A stretch of DNA of 53,527 bases, taken from a virus. The translations under genes were made by a program, and so were the position numbers. The stretch is from positions 1 through 53,527 of IMG/VR virus record IMGVR_UViG_3300044252_000008; one strand, given 5' to 3'. This document shows, piece by piece, positions 17,557 through 25,631 of the stretch (positions within the stretch are counted from its first letter, which is position 1; each line of letters opens with the position of its first letter). The notes beneath the pieces are model-generated. The model ran no database searches. It was not told where the DNA came from and saw nothing but the letters and a program-made list of their open reading frames with translations.

Positions 17557-18099
17557 TTAGACCACCGGCTCCGGGGCGAGATAGTCCCCACGCGGAACGC
17601 GGGCACACTCGACGAAGCGCAGCGTGGCGCTCGGGGTAACCGTCGGGCCACCCGTGATGGACAGTGCGCCCAGGCAACCGAAGTTGCGGACGCGGACGCG
17701 ACGGTCACGGCCACGGTTACCGTGGTCATCGCCGTGCCTGCTCTTCAGGCGGCTGCTGTGGCCCCAGTCGCGGCCACGCTCCCAGACCGATGCGCGCAGG
17801 GTGAAGATGCAGCCGAAGCGGTCTGCGATCACCGGGTGCTCCAGACACCTGGCCTGCACGTCGGTGACGCGCGTGCGGCGGCGATCCGAGTTGAGGAAGC
17901 GCGACGCGTTGCGAGACGCGTAGTTCTGCGTGAACGACTCAGCGGTGGCCACGTCGGTCACCGGAGTCGGCGTGGGCAGGGTGAACGCGGGCGGCAGGGT
18001 GCCGTCCGGCGCAGGGTCGTCTCCCGCCATGGCGCTGGCCGGGGCCAGCAGGGACGCCGCGGCCACTGCCGCGATCAGGATGCTGCGGGTGCTACGCAT
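17557..18099 (-). CDS. Secreted protein of unknown function
   Basis: 180 aa from ATG 18099 (SD GGGGGAG). Signal peptide MRSTRSILIAAVAAASLLAPASAMAGDD. Four Cys residues. Confidence 0.6.
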   Translation of the reverse strand: MRSTRSILIAAVAAASLLAPASAMAGDDPAPDGTLPPAFTLPTPTPVTDVATAESFTQNYASRNASRFLNSDRRRTRVTDVQARCLEHPVIADRFGCIFTLRASVWERGRDWGHSSRLKSRHGDDHGNRGRDRRVRVRNFGCLGALSITGGPTVTPSATLRFVECARVPRGDYLAPEPVV

Positions 18100-18120
18100 A
18101 ACGGTCTCCCCCGTTACGTG

Positions 18121-18152
18121 GGTTTGTAGGACACCACACCATCCAGGTGTGG
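18121..18152 (-). promoter_or_regulatory. Hairpin plus CCTACAAACC leader motif upstream of the secreted-protein gene
   Basis: Stem CCACACC / GGTGTGG (18134-18152) is followed on the minus strand by CCTACAAACC (18121-18130), then the SD. This is the same architecture as the early cassettes at 38.6-39.4 kb. Confidence 0.4.
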
Positions 18153-18183
18153 CTCCCCCTAGTCTGCCCTCGGGCATTTCTTG

Positions 18184-18591
18184 TCAGCCGCGCCAGTCTG
18201 CTTTGTAGTCGCGGATGTCCACATGGACGAAGCTGCTGTACAGGCCCAGCCCACCCTTGCCGCCGCGCTTGCGGCTGCGGATGCCTGCCAGGTACGCGTG
18301 CCACTGGCTCGGGCTGCCTCGGCGGCAGGTGATGTCAGCGGCCTGATCGTTGCCGTCATGGATAGTGTAGATGTGGAAGCTGTTGCTGGCCCCGCCGATG
18401 GAGCGGTTGTAGCTCTGCGTGCGGTAGCCGCTGTTGACGTGCACGCTGCCGTACTTCGCGCGCAGCGGTTCGAGGAACTTGCGGCACAGGTACTCCAGGC
18501 CGTCGTAGTCCCGCTTCTGCACCTTGGTACCATCGTGGCAGTCGAACTCTTCCACGACGAAATGCTTACTCAGTCGGTGTCGTGTTGCCAT
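18184..18591 (-). CDS. Endolysin, zinc peptidase of the M15 (D-Ala-D-Ala carboxypeptidase-like) type
   Basis: 135 aa. SD AGGAGGAGGG. SGYRTQSYNRSIGGASNSFH..DQAADI..SFVHVD matches the M15 H-D-H zinc pattern. Confidence 0.85.
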   Translation of the reverse strand: MATRHRLSKHFVVEEFDCHDGTKVQKRDYDGLEYLCRKFLEPLRAKYGSVHVNSGYRTQSYNRSIGGASNSFHIYTIHDGNDQAADITCRRGSPSQWHAYLAGIRSRKRGGKGGLGLYSSFVHVDIRDYKADWRG

Positions 18592-19328
18592 TACCCTCCT
18601 CCTGTCGTAGCTTGGTTCAATGCGCAGGCCACGATGGTCGTCTGCCCACCTGGCCCATTGACGATGACCGACTGTGGCGTGGTACCGGCCGGGCAGGTGG
18701 TGGCCCCAGCTGGGCCAGCTGGACCCTGCGCACCGGCTGCACCGGCCGGACCCTGTGCACCTGCTGGTCCGGCAGGACCTTGCGCGCCGTCCTTGCCTGC
18801 GGGGCCGTCTTTGCCAGCGGGGCCTGCGGGGCCGGGCAGGCCGTCCTTGCCCGCCTCGCCAGCTGGCCCTGTGGAGCCGACAGGGCCGACGCTACCGGCC
18901 TGCCCGGCCATGCCAGGGGTACCGGCCTGCCCAGCTGTGCCGGGCAGGCCAGCGGGGCCTGTGGCGCCCTTGGGGCCAGGATCGCCCTTGGGACCCAGAG
19001 ACCCTTCACTGCCAGGCTGGCCGGGGCTACCGTCCTGCCCGTTCGCGCCGGGCACACCGGGGATGCCCGTCTCGCCGCGCAGGTAGGCCGTGATGTCGTC
19101 TGTGTCCTGGGTGGCGACGGTTGACTGCTCATGGGCCACGCGGGCGATGTCGTCCGTCTGGTCCAGGTTGGTCTGGGCTGTGTGCAGGGCTAGGAACAAG
19201 GCCAGCCCCGTGACGATCGCAAGTAGGGCGAGACAGACCCACGTGCCGAGGAACCTGTGCCGTGCATAGCGCAGGGCCAGGCGCGTGTTCTCACTGATCT
19301 GCTCAAGTAGTTCATCAGACGTTGTCAC
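18591..19328 (-). CDS. Type-II membrane protein with a long collagen-like triple-helix repeat
   Basis: 245 aa (GTG start). TM segment WVCLALLAIVTGLALFLALH. About 42 uninterrupted G-X-Y triplets (aa 85-210, nt 18699-19076). Short Cys-containing C-terminal domain. TAATG junction with the endolysin gene. Confidence 0.8.
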   Translation of the reverse strand: MTTSDELLEQISENTRLALRYARHRFLGTWVCLALLAIVTGLALFLALHTAQTNLDQTDDIARVAHEQSTVATQDTDDITAYLRGETGIPGVPGANGQDGSPGQPGSEGSLGPKGDPGPKGATGPAGLPGTAGQAGTPGMAGQAGSVGPVGSTGPAGEAGKDGLPGPAGPAGKDGPAGKDGAQGPAGPAGAQGPAGAAGAQGPAGPAGATTCPAGTTPQSVIVNGPGGQTTIVACALNQATTGGG

Positions 19329-19551
19329 CCTTCAACTCCCGCACCTGTTCGCGCAGTGCGTCGCGCTCGCTGCGCAGCTGCACAGCGGTCTGCCGCAGTT
19401 CCTCGTTGATGCCACGCATCTCTTGCATGATGGTGTCCTGCTGTGCCAGGATGGCAGTGGTGTCGTCGCGCCGGTAGCGCAGGGCTGTGAAGACCAGCCC
19501 ACCCAGGCCCATCACAGCTATGCCGAGGCTGACGAGGGAAGGTATATCCAC
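19315..19551 (-). CDS. Membrane-anchored coiled-coil protein (lysis-cassette component)
   Basis: 78 aa (GTG start, SD GAGAAGGA). N-terminal TM IPSLVSLGIAVMGLGGLVFTAL, then heptad-like QQDTIMQEMRGINEELRQTAVQLRSERDALREQVRELK. Confidence 0.65.
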   Translation of the reverse strand: MDIPSLVSLGIAVMGLGGLVFTALRYRRDDTTAILAQQDTIMQEMRGINEELRQTAVQLRSERDALREQVRELKGDNV

Positions 19552-19554
19552 GCA

Positions 19555-19812
19555 TCAACGGTCCTTCTCAGCGCTGGTGCGGTACGTGGTGCCTGCGGGC
19601 TGGGCGGGCACGTTGCCCGCCGCGGCCTTGGGTGTGGGCACGACCGTCTGCCTGATGCCCAGGCCAGTCAGCAGCGGGGCCAGCACAGCCACCACCGCCT
19701 CCCAATCCCAGTCTGTGTCTGTGGCGAAGGCACCGGCCGTCAGCAGCACAGTGACCAGCAGCCCGATGAACGCGGCAGGTTCCAGCCACAGCTTGGTGAG
19801 TACGGTCTTCAT
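19555..19812 (-). CDS. Holin-like two-TM protein
   Basis: 85 aa from ATG 19812. Hydrophobic helices LEPAAFIGLLVTVLLTAGAF and WEAVVAVLAPLLTGLGI. It lies in the cassette with the endolysin. Confidence 0.6.
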   Translation of the reverse strand: MKTVLTKLWLEPAAFIGLLVTVLLTAGAFATDTDWDWEAVVAVLAPLLTGLGIRQTVVPTPKAAAGNVPAQPAGTTYRTSAEKDR

Positions 19813-19910
19813 AGCACCCACTTCCCAATAGCCAGCCCGATGACCATACCCCACACCAACATGAGCAGCAGGCCCCAGAGGTAGCCACTGATACCTGGCT
19901 TGTCATCCAC
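19809..19910 (-). CDS. 33-aa single-TM peptide
   Basis: Read by hand from GTG 19910: VDDKPGISGYLWGLLLMLVWGMVIGLAIGKWVL. ATGA overlap with the next gene. It is below the track size cut-off. Confidence 0.45.
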   Translation of the reverse strand: MDDKPGISGYLWGLLLMLVWGMVIGLAIGKWVL

Positions 19911-19912
19911 GG

Positions 19913-21400
19913 CTACCACTTGCGTTCCATCAGGTCGGCGGTGAGCGTGTGCTGTTCGCCCTCTGCAGGGCGGATGGCGGGAGGTACCCAGAACTCCGCT
20001 GCACCGCCGACCGTGGACTGCATCGCGGCATCGGCGCGGTCGGGGGAGGGCATTCCCCGCGCCTCCATGTCATCCTTGCTCTCTATGAGGATGCGCCCGT
20101 CTGACCGGATGCGGTACTTGATAGAGAGGAGTTGGCTAACCAGCTGGTCGTCCTCGCCATCAGGTGGTAAGTCATACAACCCCTGTTCCATGCCTTCACG
20201 GAAGGCCCACCACTGTTCGGCCCTGCGGTTGGCGAACCGCTTCTGGCCATGGTGGTCGGTAGGCTTCTCACTGGCCACGAACGCAATGACGGGGAAGCCC
20301 TGCTCGCGCAGCCTGTCGTACACCCCGCCACCCACACCGATGGTGTCCACGTGGCACGGGGCATAACCGAACGTCTCGTTCAGGCTCTTGGCCATGTGGC
20401 CTGCGGTTTGCATGGTGTCTTGCTTCCGTGTGACCCACTCCTGGCGGATGTAGCCCGCGCGGTTGCGGTAGCACGCCGTCTCGTTCGCACCCTTGCGCGC
20501 CACGTCCAGCCCGAACACACCGGGGTCGCCGACTGCGTAGCTGCTGAGATCCCGCTCTTGGGCGGCTCGTATCCAGCTGGGGTAGAACAGAGTTTCCTCT
20601 GTCACCTCGGGGAACAGGCCCAGCACCTTGCTGATGTATAGGGGCGAGTCCTCACCCCAGGTGCGCTTGCGTTCCTCAACCCACTCCGGAGAGACGAGCC
20701 GATCAAGGAGATCCTGTGGGCAGGACTCGCCGGTGAAAGCTGGTGTGTCAAAGGCGCTGATGAAGATCTTGTTCCATGCGCTGCCAGGTGCACTGACCTT
20801 GGCGAACTGGCTGGTGGGGTCATCGGGGTTGCCGATGGCCAGCACCCTATTCTGCGGTGACGTAACGAGTGTGTCAACAGCCGTCCACAGCCACGGGGGA
20901 ATACCACCAGCCTCATCCATGATCACCAGCACGTACTTCGCATGGATGCCCTGGAAGGCAGTGGCTGCCTCCTCAGCGTTCCGCAGATCTTGGGGCTTGC
21001 GGCCGTACCCCACCAGCGTGGCGCCGGGCATCTTCCATTCCGGCGTGTCCGCCTCTGTGATGTAGCCCGGCATGTTCAGCTCGCGCTTGGCCTTCTTGAT
21101 GTAACGCCACAGGATGGCCTTGATCTGTGTGACAGATGGGGCTGTGGTAACCACGAACACATCATCATTGGGGTGCACATCCACCCACCACGTGGCGGCC
21201 TCGGCACTGATGTGGCTCTTGCCCGTGCTGTGCGCACTCACCACAGCGGTGTACCTGTGGTCGCGGATGCTCTCCAGCACAGCGCGCTGTGCGGACCACG
21301 TGTGGCCCTTGCGGCGCTCGTGCACCCACTCCACCGGCCTGCCCATGTACGGGTCCGGCGGTGGCGCCAGGTGGTCTGCAACGCGGCTCAGCAGGCTCAT
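19913..21400 (-). CDS. terL: Terminase large subunit
   Basis: 495 aa. Walker A-like SAHSTGKS and Walker B VLVIMDEAGG. C-terminal nuclease-like region. ATGA overlap with the small-subunit gene. Confidence 0.9.
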   Translation of the reverse strand: MSLLSRVADHLAPPPDPYMGRPVEWVHERRKGHTWSAQRAVLESIRDHRYTAVVSAHSTGKSHISAEAATWWVDVHPNDDVFVVTTAPSVTQIKAILWRYIKKAKRELNMPGYITEADTPEWKMPGATLVGYGRKPQDLRNAEEAATAFQGIHAKYVLVIMDEAGGIPPWLWTAVDTLVTSPQNRVLAIGNPDDPTSQFAKVSAPGSAWNKIFISAFDTPAFTGESCPQDLLDRLVSPEWVEERKRTWGEDSPLYISKVLGLFPEVTEETLFYPSWIRAAQERDLSSYAVGDPGVFGLDVARKGANETACYRNRAGYIRQEWVTRKQDTMQTAGHMAKSLNETFGYAPCHVDTIGVGGGVYDRLREQGFPVIAFVASEKPTDHHGQKRFANRRAEQWWAFREGMEQGLYDLPPDGEDDQLVSQLLSIKYRIRSDGRILIESKDDMEARGMPSPDRADAAMQSTVGGAAEFWVPPAIRPAEGEQHTLTADLMERKW

Positions 21401-21930
21401 GCCGCCACCGGATCCTGTACGGCACCGGCCTCGAGGAGCCTGCGTAGTTCCTCACCGACACGCACCACCTGCTCAGGTGGGACGCCAGCTGCCTCACACG
21501 CTTCCCGCATGGCACTGGCCACCATGACAGCGTGGGCCTCCTCCACCTGCACCATGCGCTCAGCCAGGCCCAGGTCCACCATGCGTGCCGCCAGCTTGAC
21601 GGCCTCGTCCCGCATGCTGCGCTCCAGCAGGAACCACTTGTTCGGCTCAACTCGTACATTGCCCTGACCGTCCAGGTACTCCACCCAGAACTTGTCCTCG
21701 GGCACAGCCTCGGCCTGCTGTGCAGCCCACAGCATGCCAGCATGCACACGGCGCAGCGCCCAAGCCAGCAGTTCTCCAGTGGTTAGTTCTGGTGCAATGA
21801 CAAGGTCGCCGCGGGCCTTGGTGGCCGCCAGCACAGCATGGCGGACATCTGTCTTAGCATCGGAGCGGTAGCGACGCGCTCTTTCCCTACGCTTGGTAGA
21901 GATGGCCCGTGTCCTTGGTTGGCCTGCCAC
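21397..21930 (-). CDS. terS: Terminase small subunit (start uncertain: GTG 21930 or ATG 21978)
   Basis: Basic N-terminus ..AISTKRRERARRYRSDAKT.. and a helical remainder. It is coupled to terL. A -10-like TAGGTT at 21939-21944 would make GTG 21930 a leaderless start. Confidence 0.55.
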   Translation of the reverse strand: MAGQPRTRAISTKRRERARRYRSDAKTDVRHAVLAATKARGDLVIAPELTTGELLAWALRRVHAGMLWAAQQAEAVPEDKFWVEYLDGQGNVRVEPNKWFLLERSMRDEAVKLAARMVDLGLAERMVQVEEAHAVMVASAMREACEAAGVPPEQVVRVGEELRRLLEAGAVQDPVAA

Positions 21931-21938
21931 AGGGCCGC

Positions 21939-21954
21939 AACCTAGCACAGCTGG
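21939..21954 (-). promoter_or_regulatory. Promoter-like box CCAGCTGTGCTAGGTT in front of the terminase operon
   Basis: The 16-mer is identical to 39466-39481, and a close variant (CCAGCTGCTAGGAT) lies at 41997-42010. TAGGTT fits a TAnnnT -10 element. The -35 region is poor. Confidence 0.4.
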
Positions 21955-22060
21955 CGGGGCAAGGAAGATCTCCACCATCGCGCGCGATTACCGCGCCCGA
22001 ATGCGTGCGCGCGCGAGGCGGCCCCGGCAGCAGGGGGCAGGCCACCCCGCTCTGTGGCCC

Positions 22061-22369
22061 CTACTGCTGCTGCCCAGCCCTATCCCACAGCATCATGGCT
22101 GCCACCCCAACATCCCCAGCATGCTCCTGCACCACCTCCCACGACCCGTCCTCGCCACGCTCCGCTGCCACCGTGGCCCCACCCAGCTTGGCCACATGGT
22201 AAGCCAGGTCCCGCACCAGCCACCCCAGGTCCGCACCACCCCACTCAGCCCCACTCCGTCCTCCCTTGTACGCGTTGTCCCGAAGCGTCCTGCGCATCTG
22301 CACCACGAAAGTACCCATGACCACCGCACACTCGCACGGCACTTCCCCACCACAGATTAGGCAGCCCAT
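22061..22369 (-). CDS. Hypothetical protein
   Basis: 102 aa. The ATG overlaps the resolvase gene end by 13 nt. N-terminal CLICGGEVPCEC. Function not assignable. Confidence 0.5.
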   Translation of the reverse strand: MGCLICGGEVPCECAVVMGTFVVQMRRTLRDNAYKGGRSGAEWGGADLGWLVRDLAYHVAKLGGATVAAERGEDGSWEVVQEHAGDVGVAAMMLWDRAGQQQ

Positions 22370-23052
22370 GGTCGCGTCCTCCCTTTCCTTACCACCGGAT
22401 TGTCCGAGCTACCCAGGGGCGCCGCCTTCACCGACACAGCACCACCCCTCTCCGTCATCACCACACCCAGCCTGAAGCACAGGTGCCGCAGCGCATCCCG
22501 CCTGTGCTCCGACACGCGCCCACCACCGCGACCAGCCCCACCACCACACACCCGCAGCATGCGCCGTCGCCCAAGCCACTCTTCCAACCGTTCCCCCGTG
22601 GCGAACCGCATGGCATCCGCGGGCTGTTGAAAGTACACCCCAGCGCCGAGGGCATACCTACCCATCCCCACCCCACCCTGCCCCGACACACCCAGTTCCC
22701 CACGCAGCCCGGCTGCCCGTGGCACCAGCAGGGTCGTAATCCCTGACATAACCATGACAGGATCCAGGTCTACGTTCTGTGTACGAAGACGGAAGTCTTC
22801 AATACACAGCGCCACCTCTTCACTCATGGAACCCGCCATCACAACACCAGACTTCACCAGCCCATGCACCCAATCCCCGAACTCAGCACAGATTTCCCAT
22901 GCCTGCACCGGGTGCGGCCCCTCCACCTCCCACGTCTCTAGCTCTACCACCGACGCAAGCGCATCACGCATGCCCGCCTCCATGCCCGGCCCGAAGATAC
23001 CCCGCGCCACACCCGTAACCTTCCCAGGGTCAATAGCCATGATGGCGATCAT
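22357..23052 (-). CDS. RuvC-like Holliday junction resolvase
   Basis: 231 aa from ATG 23052 (ATGA overlap). MAIDPGKVTG, LCIEDF and EHRRDALRH fit the RuvC-fold acidic catalytic residues. Confidence 0.75.
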   Translation of the reverse strand: MIAIMAIDPGKVTGVARGIFGPGMEAGMRDALASVVELETWEVEGPHPVQAWEICAEFGDWVHGLVKSGVVMAGSMSEEVALCIEDFRLRTQNVDLDPVMVMSGITTLLVPRAAGLRGELGVSGQGGVGMGRYALGAGVYFQQPADAMRFATGERLEEWLGRRRMLRVCGGGAGRGGGRVSEHRRDALRHLCFRLGVVMTERGGAVSVKAAPLGSSDNPVVRKGRTRPWAA

Positions 23053-23237
23053 GCCACTTCTAGCCCCAGCGCCTCGGTCGGTGACACCAGCGACAGGTAC
23101 TCTCTGGCCGGTGCTGGCACTGCCGTCCAGTAGCCCCACTCGTCGCCGATACGCCAGCAATGCACCATGCCCGATGCCCACTGCACACGAACCACCCCAG
23201 CGCAGTTGTCTCGTACGTATGCTTCCCAGTCAATCAT
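23049..23237 (-). CDS. Hypothetical small protein
   Basis: 62 aa from ATG 23237 (SD AAGGGGA, 4 nt spacing). Trp-rich. The longer 114-aa track ORF runs into the repeat-rich intergenic region. Confidence 0.5.
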   Translation of the reverse strand: MIDWEAYVRDNCAGVVRVQWASGMVHCWRIGDEWGYWTAVPAPAREYLSLVSPTEALGLEVA

Positions 23238-23261
23238 CAAATCCCCTTTCCAACACTGGCG

Positions 23262-23415
23262 GCAACCCCGCCCGGTTGGGCAGCCCCTCGAGGGGCTGTG
23301 CCCCACCAACGGGCCGGGTTGGGCACGGGCAACCCCGCCCGCAACCCCGCCCACCATGGTACGGGTTGCCCCAAATCGCCTGCAAATGAACACTTTCTAC
23401 TCATGGGCGGGGTTG
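23262..23415. repeat. Iteron-like array: GCAACCCCGCCC three times direct plus one inverted copy
   Basis: Direct copies at 23262-23273, 23329-23340 and 23341-23352. Inverted CAACCCCGCCC at 23405-23415. A partial copy lies at 23361-23372. Confidence 0.6.
23281..23298 (-). terminator. Perfect 18-bp palindrome CAGCCCCTCGAGGGGCTG after the primase gene
   Basis: 7-bp GC-rich arms around TCGA, in the 163-bp gap downstream of the primase stop. Confidence 0.5.
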
Positions 23416-25287
23416 GTCCCATCCGTACCCCACACCCCAGCGCTGGCGCCGCACCACACGGCCACCCTCGGGCTGCGCTACTGCGCGCTCCTGCACCCAC
23501 CCCTGTGTCTCCAGAGAATCCCACACCTTGCTGAAGACTTCTCGGTTCCCACCGACCTTGGTACGAATCTGGTCTTTGGTGAACTCGAACGGGTGCTCTT
23601 CTGTCAGGTCTCGTATGTCGCGCTCCACCCGCTGCCACCCATCGCTATGGCCCTCCGCATCATCACCCATGTGTTTGCGCACCGCCCATGTAACGGCACC
23701 CGTGTGCTCACCAGCATCTTCATCAAAGGCACCAACACACAGGTCTAGATCCCACTCCTTGCCACCCCACTGTCGCCCGCCAACTTCCAGCAGCAACTTG
23801 AACTCACCCGCTTCCACATCGGGCTTCTCACGATGTGTGATCAATAGCCAGCCATCCGCCCACTCCGCCATGCCCGTCATGGTCAGCCGCTCTAGGCCGC
23901 GGCCAGTGCCCGTCTTATTGAAGTGATCTACGATGTTGACAGACACACCAGCGGCAGTGCACGGCTCGCTCAGCTGGCGCAGCATACGACCGCGCTCGTA
24001 CAGGTTGGCTGCATTCACGTCAGCGTGGAAGGCATACAGCGGATCTATGCTGATGCGTGCGTAGCCCCGTGCCAGGTCTTCCTCCAGCCACTGCCGGAAC
24101 GTACGGCTGTTCACAGGCGCCGTCTCGAACTGCACCTCTAGCGGAACCTGCTTCAGGTCCACACCCATGGCTGCGGCCACGCGCTCCAAGCGCCGTGCGT
24201 ACGGGCCTGTGCCACCCTCGCCTACGTAGACCTTTACCGGCCGCGGCTCCGGCACGGCAAACCTGCCCAGGATGGGCACGCCAGCAGCTAGGCCCACGTT
24301 GACGATGGTGTCCACATACGACTTCAGCGTCTTCTTCACCCCACCAGTGACTGTCTCGCTGCCAGCCACCACCAAGCCCTGAACTAACCACGTGAAGGCG
24401 TGATCCTGCGCCACTAGTTCGTGCCCGCGCCACACCATGCGTGGGTCTACAGGCTGCTCGTCTACGATGCGTTGCTTGGCTACCTCCATCCCACGCAGGC
24501 GCATGTACTGCCTCCGCGCTTCTGCTTGGTACGCAGCCTCGCCACGGGGCTGTTCTGCCACCCACTTGACGATTCCATCCACCTCTTGCTGCACACCCGT
24601 CTTGGGCTGCGGGAACTGCCGGTTGATGGCGTGCAGCGCTTCCTTGATAGCATCTGGCTCCAGGCCCGCATGCCACAGCGTCATGCCTGTGTTGAACAGA
24701 CTCTCATGCCGCCCGCCCACCTCGATGGAGATCTCACCGAAGTCGCCGTCGGTGCCGTTGGTGCGCCCGGACAGCAGCTTTGCCACCCACGCTGCGGGCA
24801 TAGGGGTGAAGCCACTCAGCTGCTTCCAACGCTCGCCCATGCGATACGGCACACCATCCTCATCGGCACTGGGCGGCAGCAGCACGAACCCGCCGTCTCC
24901 GCGCACATCCACGCCACCCATAGCACTGAGCCGGGTAGGCTTGCCCGGTGGCGCCTGGTCGTTGTGAATGTCAATGCCAGGGTGGTCGTAGTACAGGTGC
25001 AACCCACCGCGCGGTGTGATGACACCCTTGGTCTCAGGTGGCACCAGAGCGCCCAGCGCCGCTCGGTTATCCACGTCCACTACCACCCAGCCATTATCCT
25101 TGCCGGTGGGCGCGGCGATGTTGGCCAGCGGCCACTTCTCCCACCAATCGCGGATGACAGCCAGGTCGTCTGTAGCCCCGTCCTTCCACTTCACGTATGG
25201 CTTCTTGGTGCCTGGCATGCACGGGAAGATCTTCACATGCCTGCGCGCCCACCACAGGGCCGCCCGGCGCATACTGGTGCCAGGCAT
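23401..25287 (-). CDS. Bifunctional primase-polymerase fused to a RepA/DnaB-type (AAA_25-like) helicase domain
   Basis: 628 aa. N-terminal WVVVDVD.. and GGLHLYY.. ..GGVDVRGDGGFVLLPPS are prim-pol motifs. The C-terminal half is P-loop-like (..GGVKKTLKS..). Confidence 0.85.
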   Translation of the reverse strand: MPGTSMRRAALWWARRHVKIFPCMPGTKKPYVKWKDGATDDLAVIRDWWEKWPLANIAAPTGKDNGWVVVDVDNRAALGALVPPETKGVITPRGGLHLYYDHPGIDIHNDQAPPGKPTRLSAMGGVDVRGDGGFVLLPPSADEDGVPYRMGERWKQLSGFTPMPAAWVAKLLSGRTNGTDGDFGEISIEVGGRHESLFNTGMTLWHAGLEPDAIKEALHAINRQFPQPKTGVQQEVDGIVKWVAEQPRGEAAYQAEARRQYMRLRGMEVAKQRIVDEQPVDPRMVWRGHELVAQDHAFTWLVQGLVVAGSETVTGGVKKTLKSYVDTIVNVGLAAGVPILGRFAVPEPRPVKVYVGEGGTGPYARRLERVAAAMGVDLKQVPLEVQFETAPVNSRTFRQWLEEDLARGYARISIDPLYAFHADVNAANLYERGRMLRQLSEPCTAAGVSVNIVDHFNKTGTGRGLERLTMTGMAEWADGWLLITHREKPDVEAGEFKLLLEVGGRQWGGKEWDLDLCVGAFDEDAGEHTGAVTWAVRKHMGDDAEGHSDGWQRVERDIRDLTEEHPFEFTKDQIRTKVGGNREVFSKVWDSLETQGWVQERAVAQPEGGRVVRRQRWGVGYGWDQPRP

Positions 25288-25343
25288 GCCCTACCGGCCC
25301 CGCGTGCCCGCAGGCGGCTCTACAGTCGGGTCGTAGGGCATGC

Positions 25344-25631
25344 CTAGCACAGACGCTCCATCCACGCCACGCTCAGGGCCGCCACCTGGCTCAGTTCCTT
25401 GGCCAGCGCGTCGTCGCCCACGTCCCCATCGGTTACCAGCCCGTCCCGAGCCATAAGGTTCCTGGCCACTTCCCCGACTTCCTCAATGATCGCGCCCAGC
25501 CGCTGCCAGTCTGTCATCTCGGGATCACTGGGTGTGTACTTGAAGCGGCCCTCGGCCTTCAGCCGGTGTTGGCGTTCACGCTCGTGCGCCACCATCAGCA
25601 GAGTTTCAACGGGCAGCACTACCTGATCCAC
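25344..25631 (-). CDS. MazG-like nucleoside triphosphate pyrophosphohydrolase (small, phage type)
   Basis: About 95 aa (GTG 25631; other starts possible). LGAIIEEVGEVARNL .. ALAKELSQVAALSVAWMERL fits the EExxE helical MazG core. Confidence 0.55.
   Translation of the reverse strand: MDQVVLPVETLLMVAHERERQHRLKAEGRFKYTPSDPEMTDWQRLGAIIEEVGEVARNLMARDGLVTDGDVGDDALAKELSQVAALSVAWMERLC

Noticed and set aside
18699-19076. Highly repetitive GGN-CCN DNA that could be read as a tandem repeat or CRISPR-like array.
   Set aside because: It is a 9-nt-periodic coding repeat for uninterrupted G-X-Y collagen triplets within a continuous ORF. There is no repeat-spacer structure.
22061-22369. A second MazG/DUF550-like pyrophosphatase.
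   Set aside because: There is only a vague helical resemblance (..LVRDLAYHVAKLGG..EHAGDV..). No EExxE-type motif is clear enough, so it is left as hypothetical.
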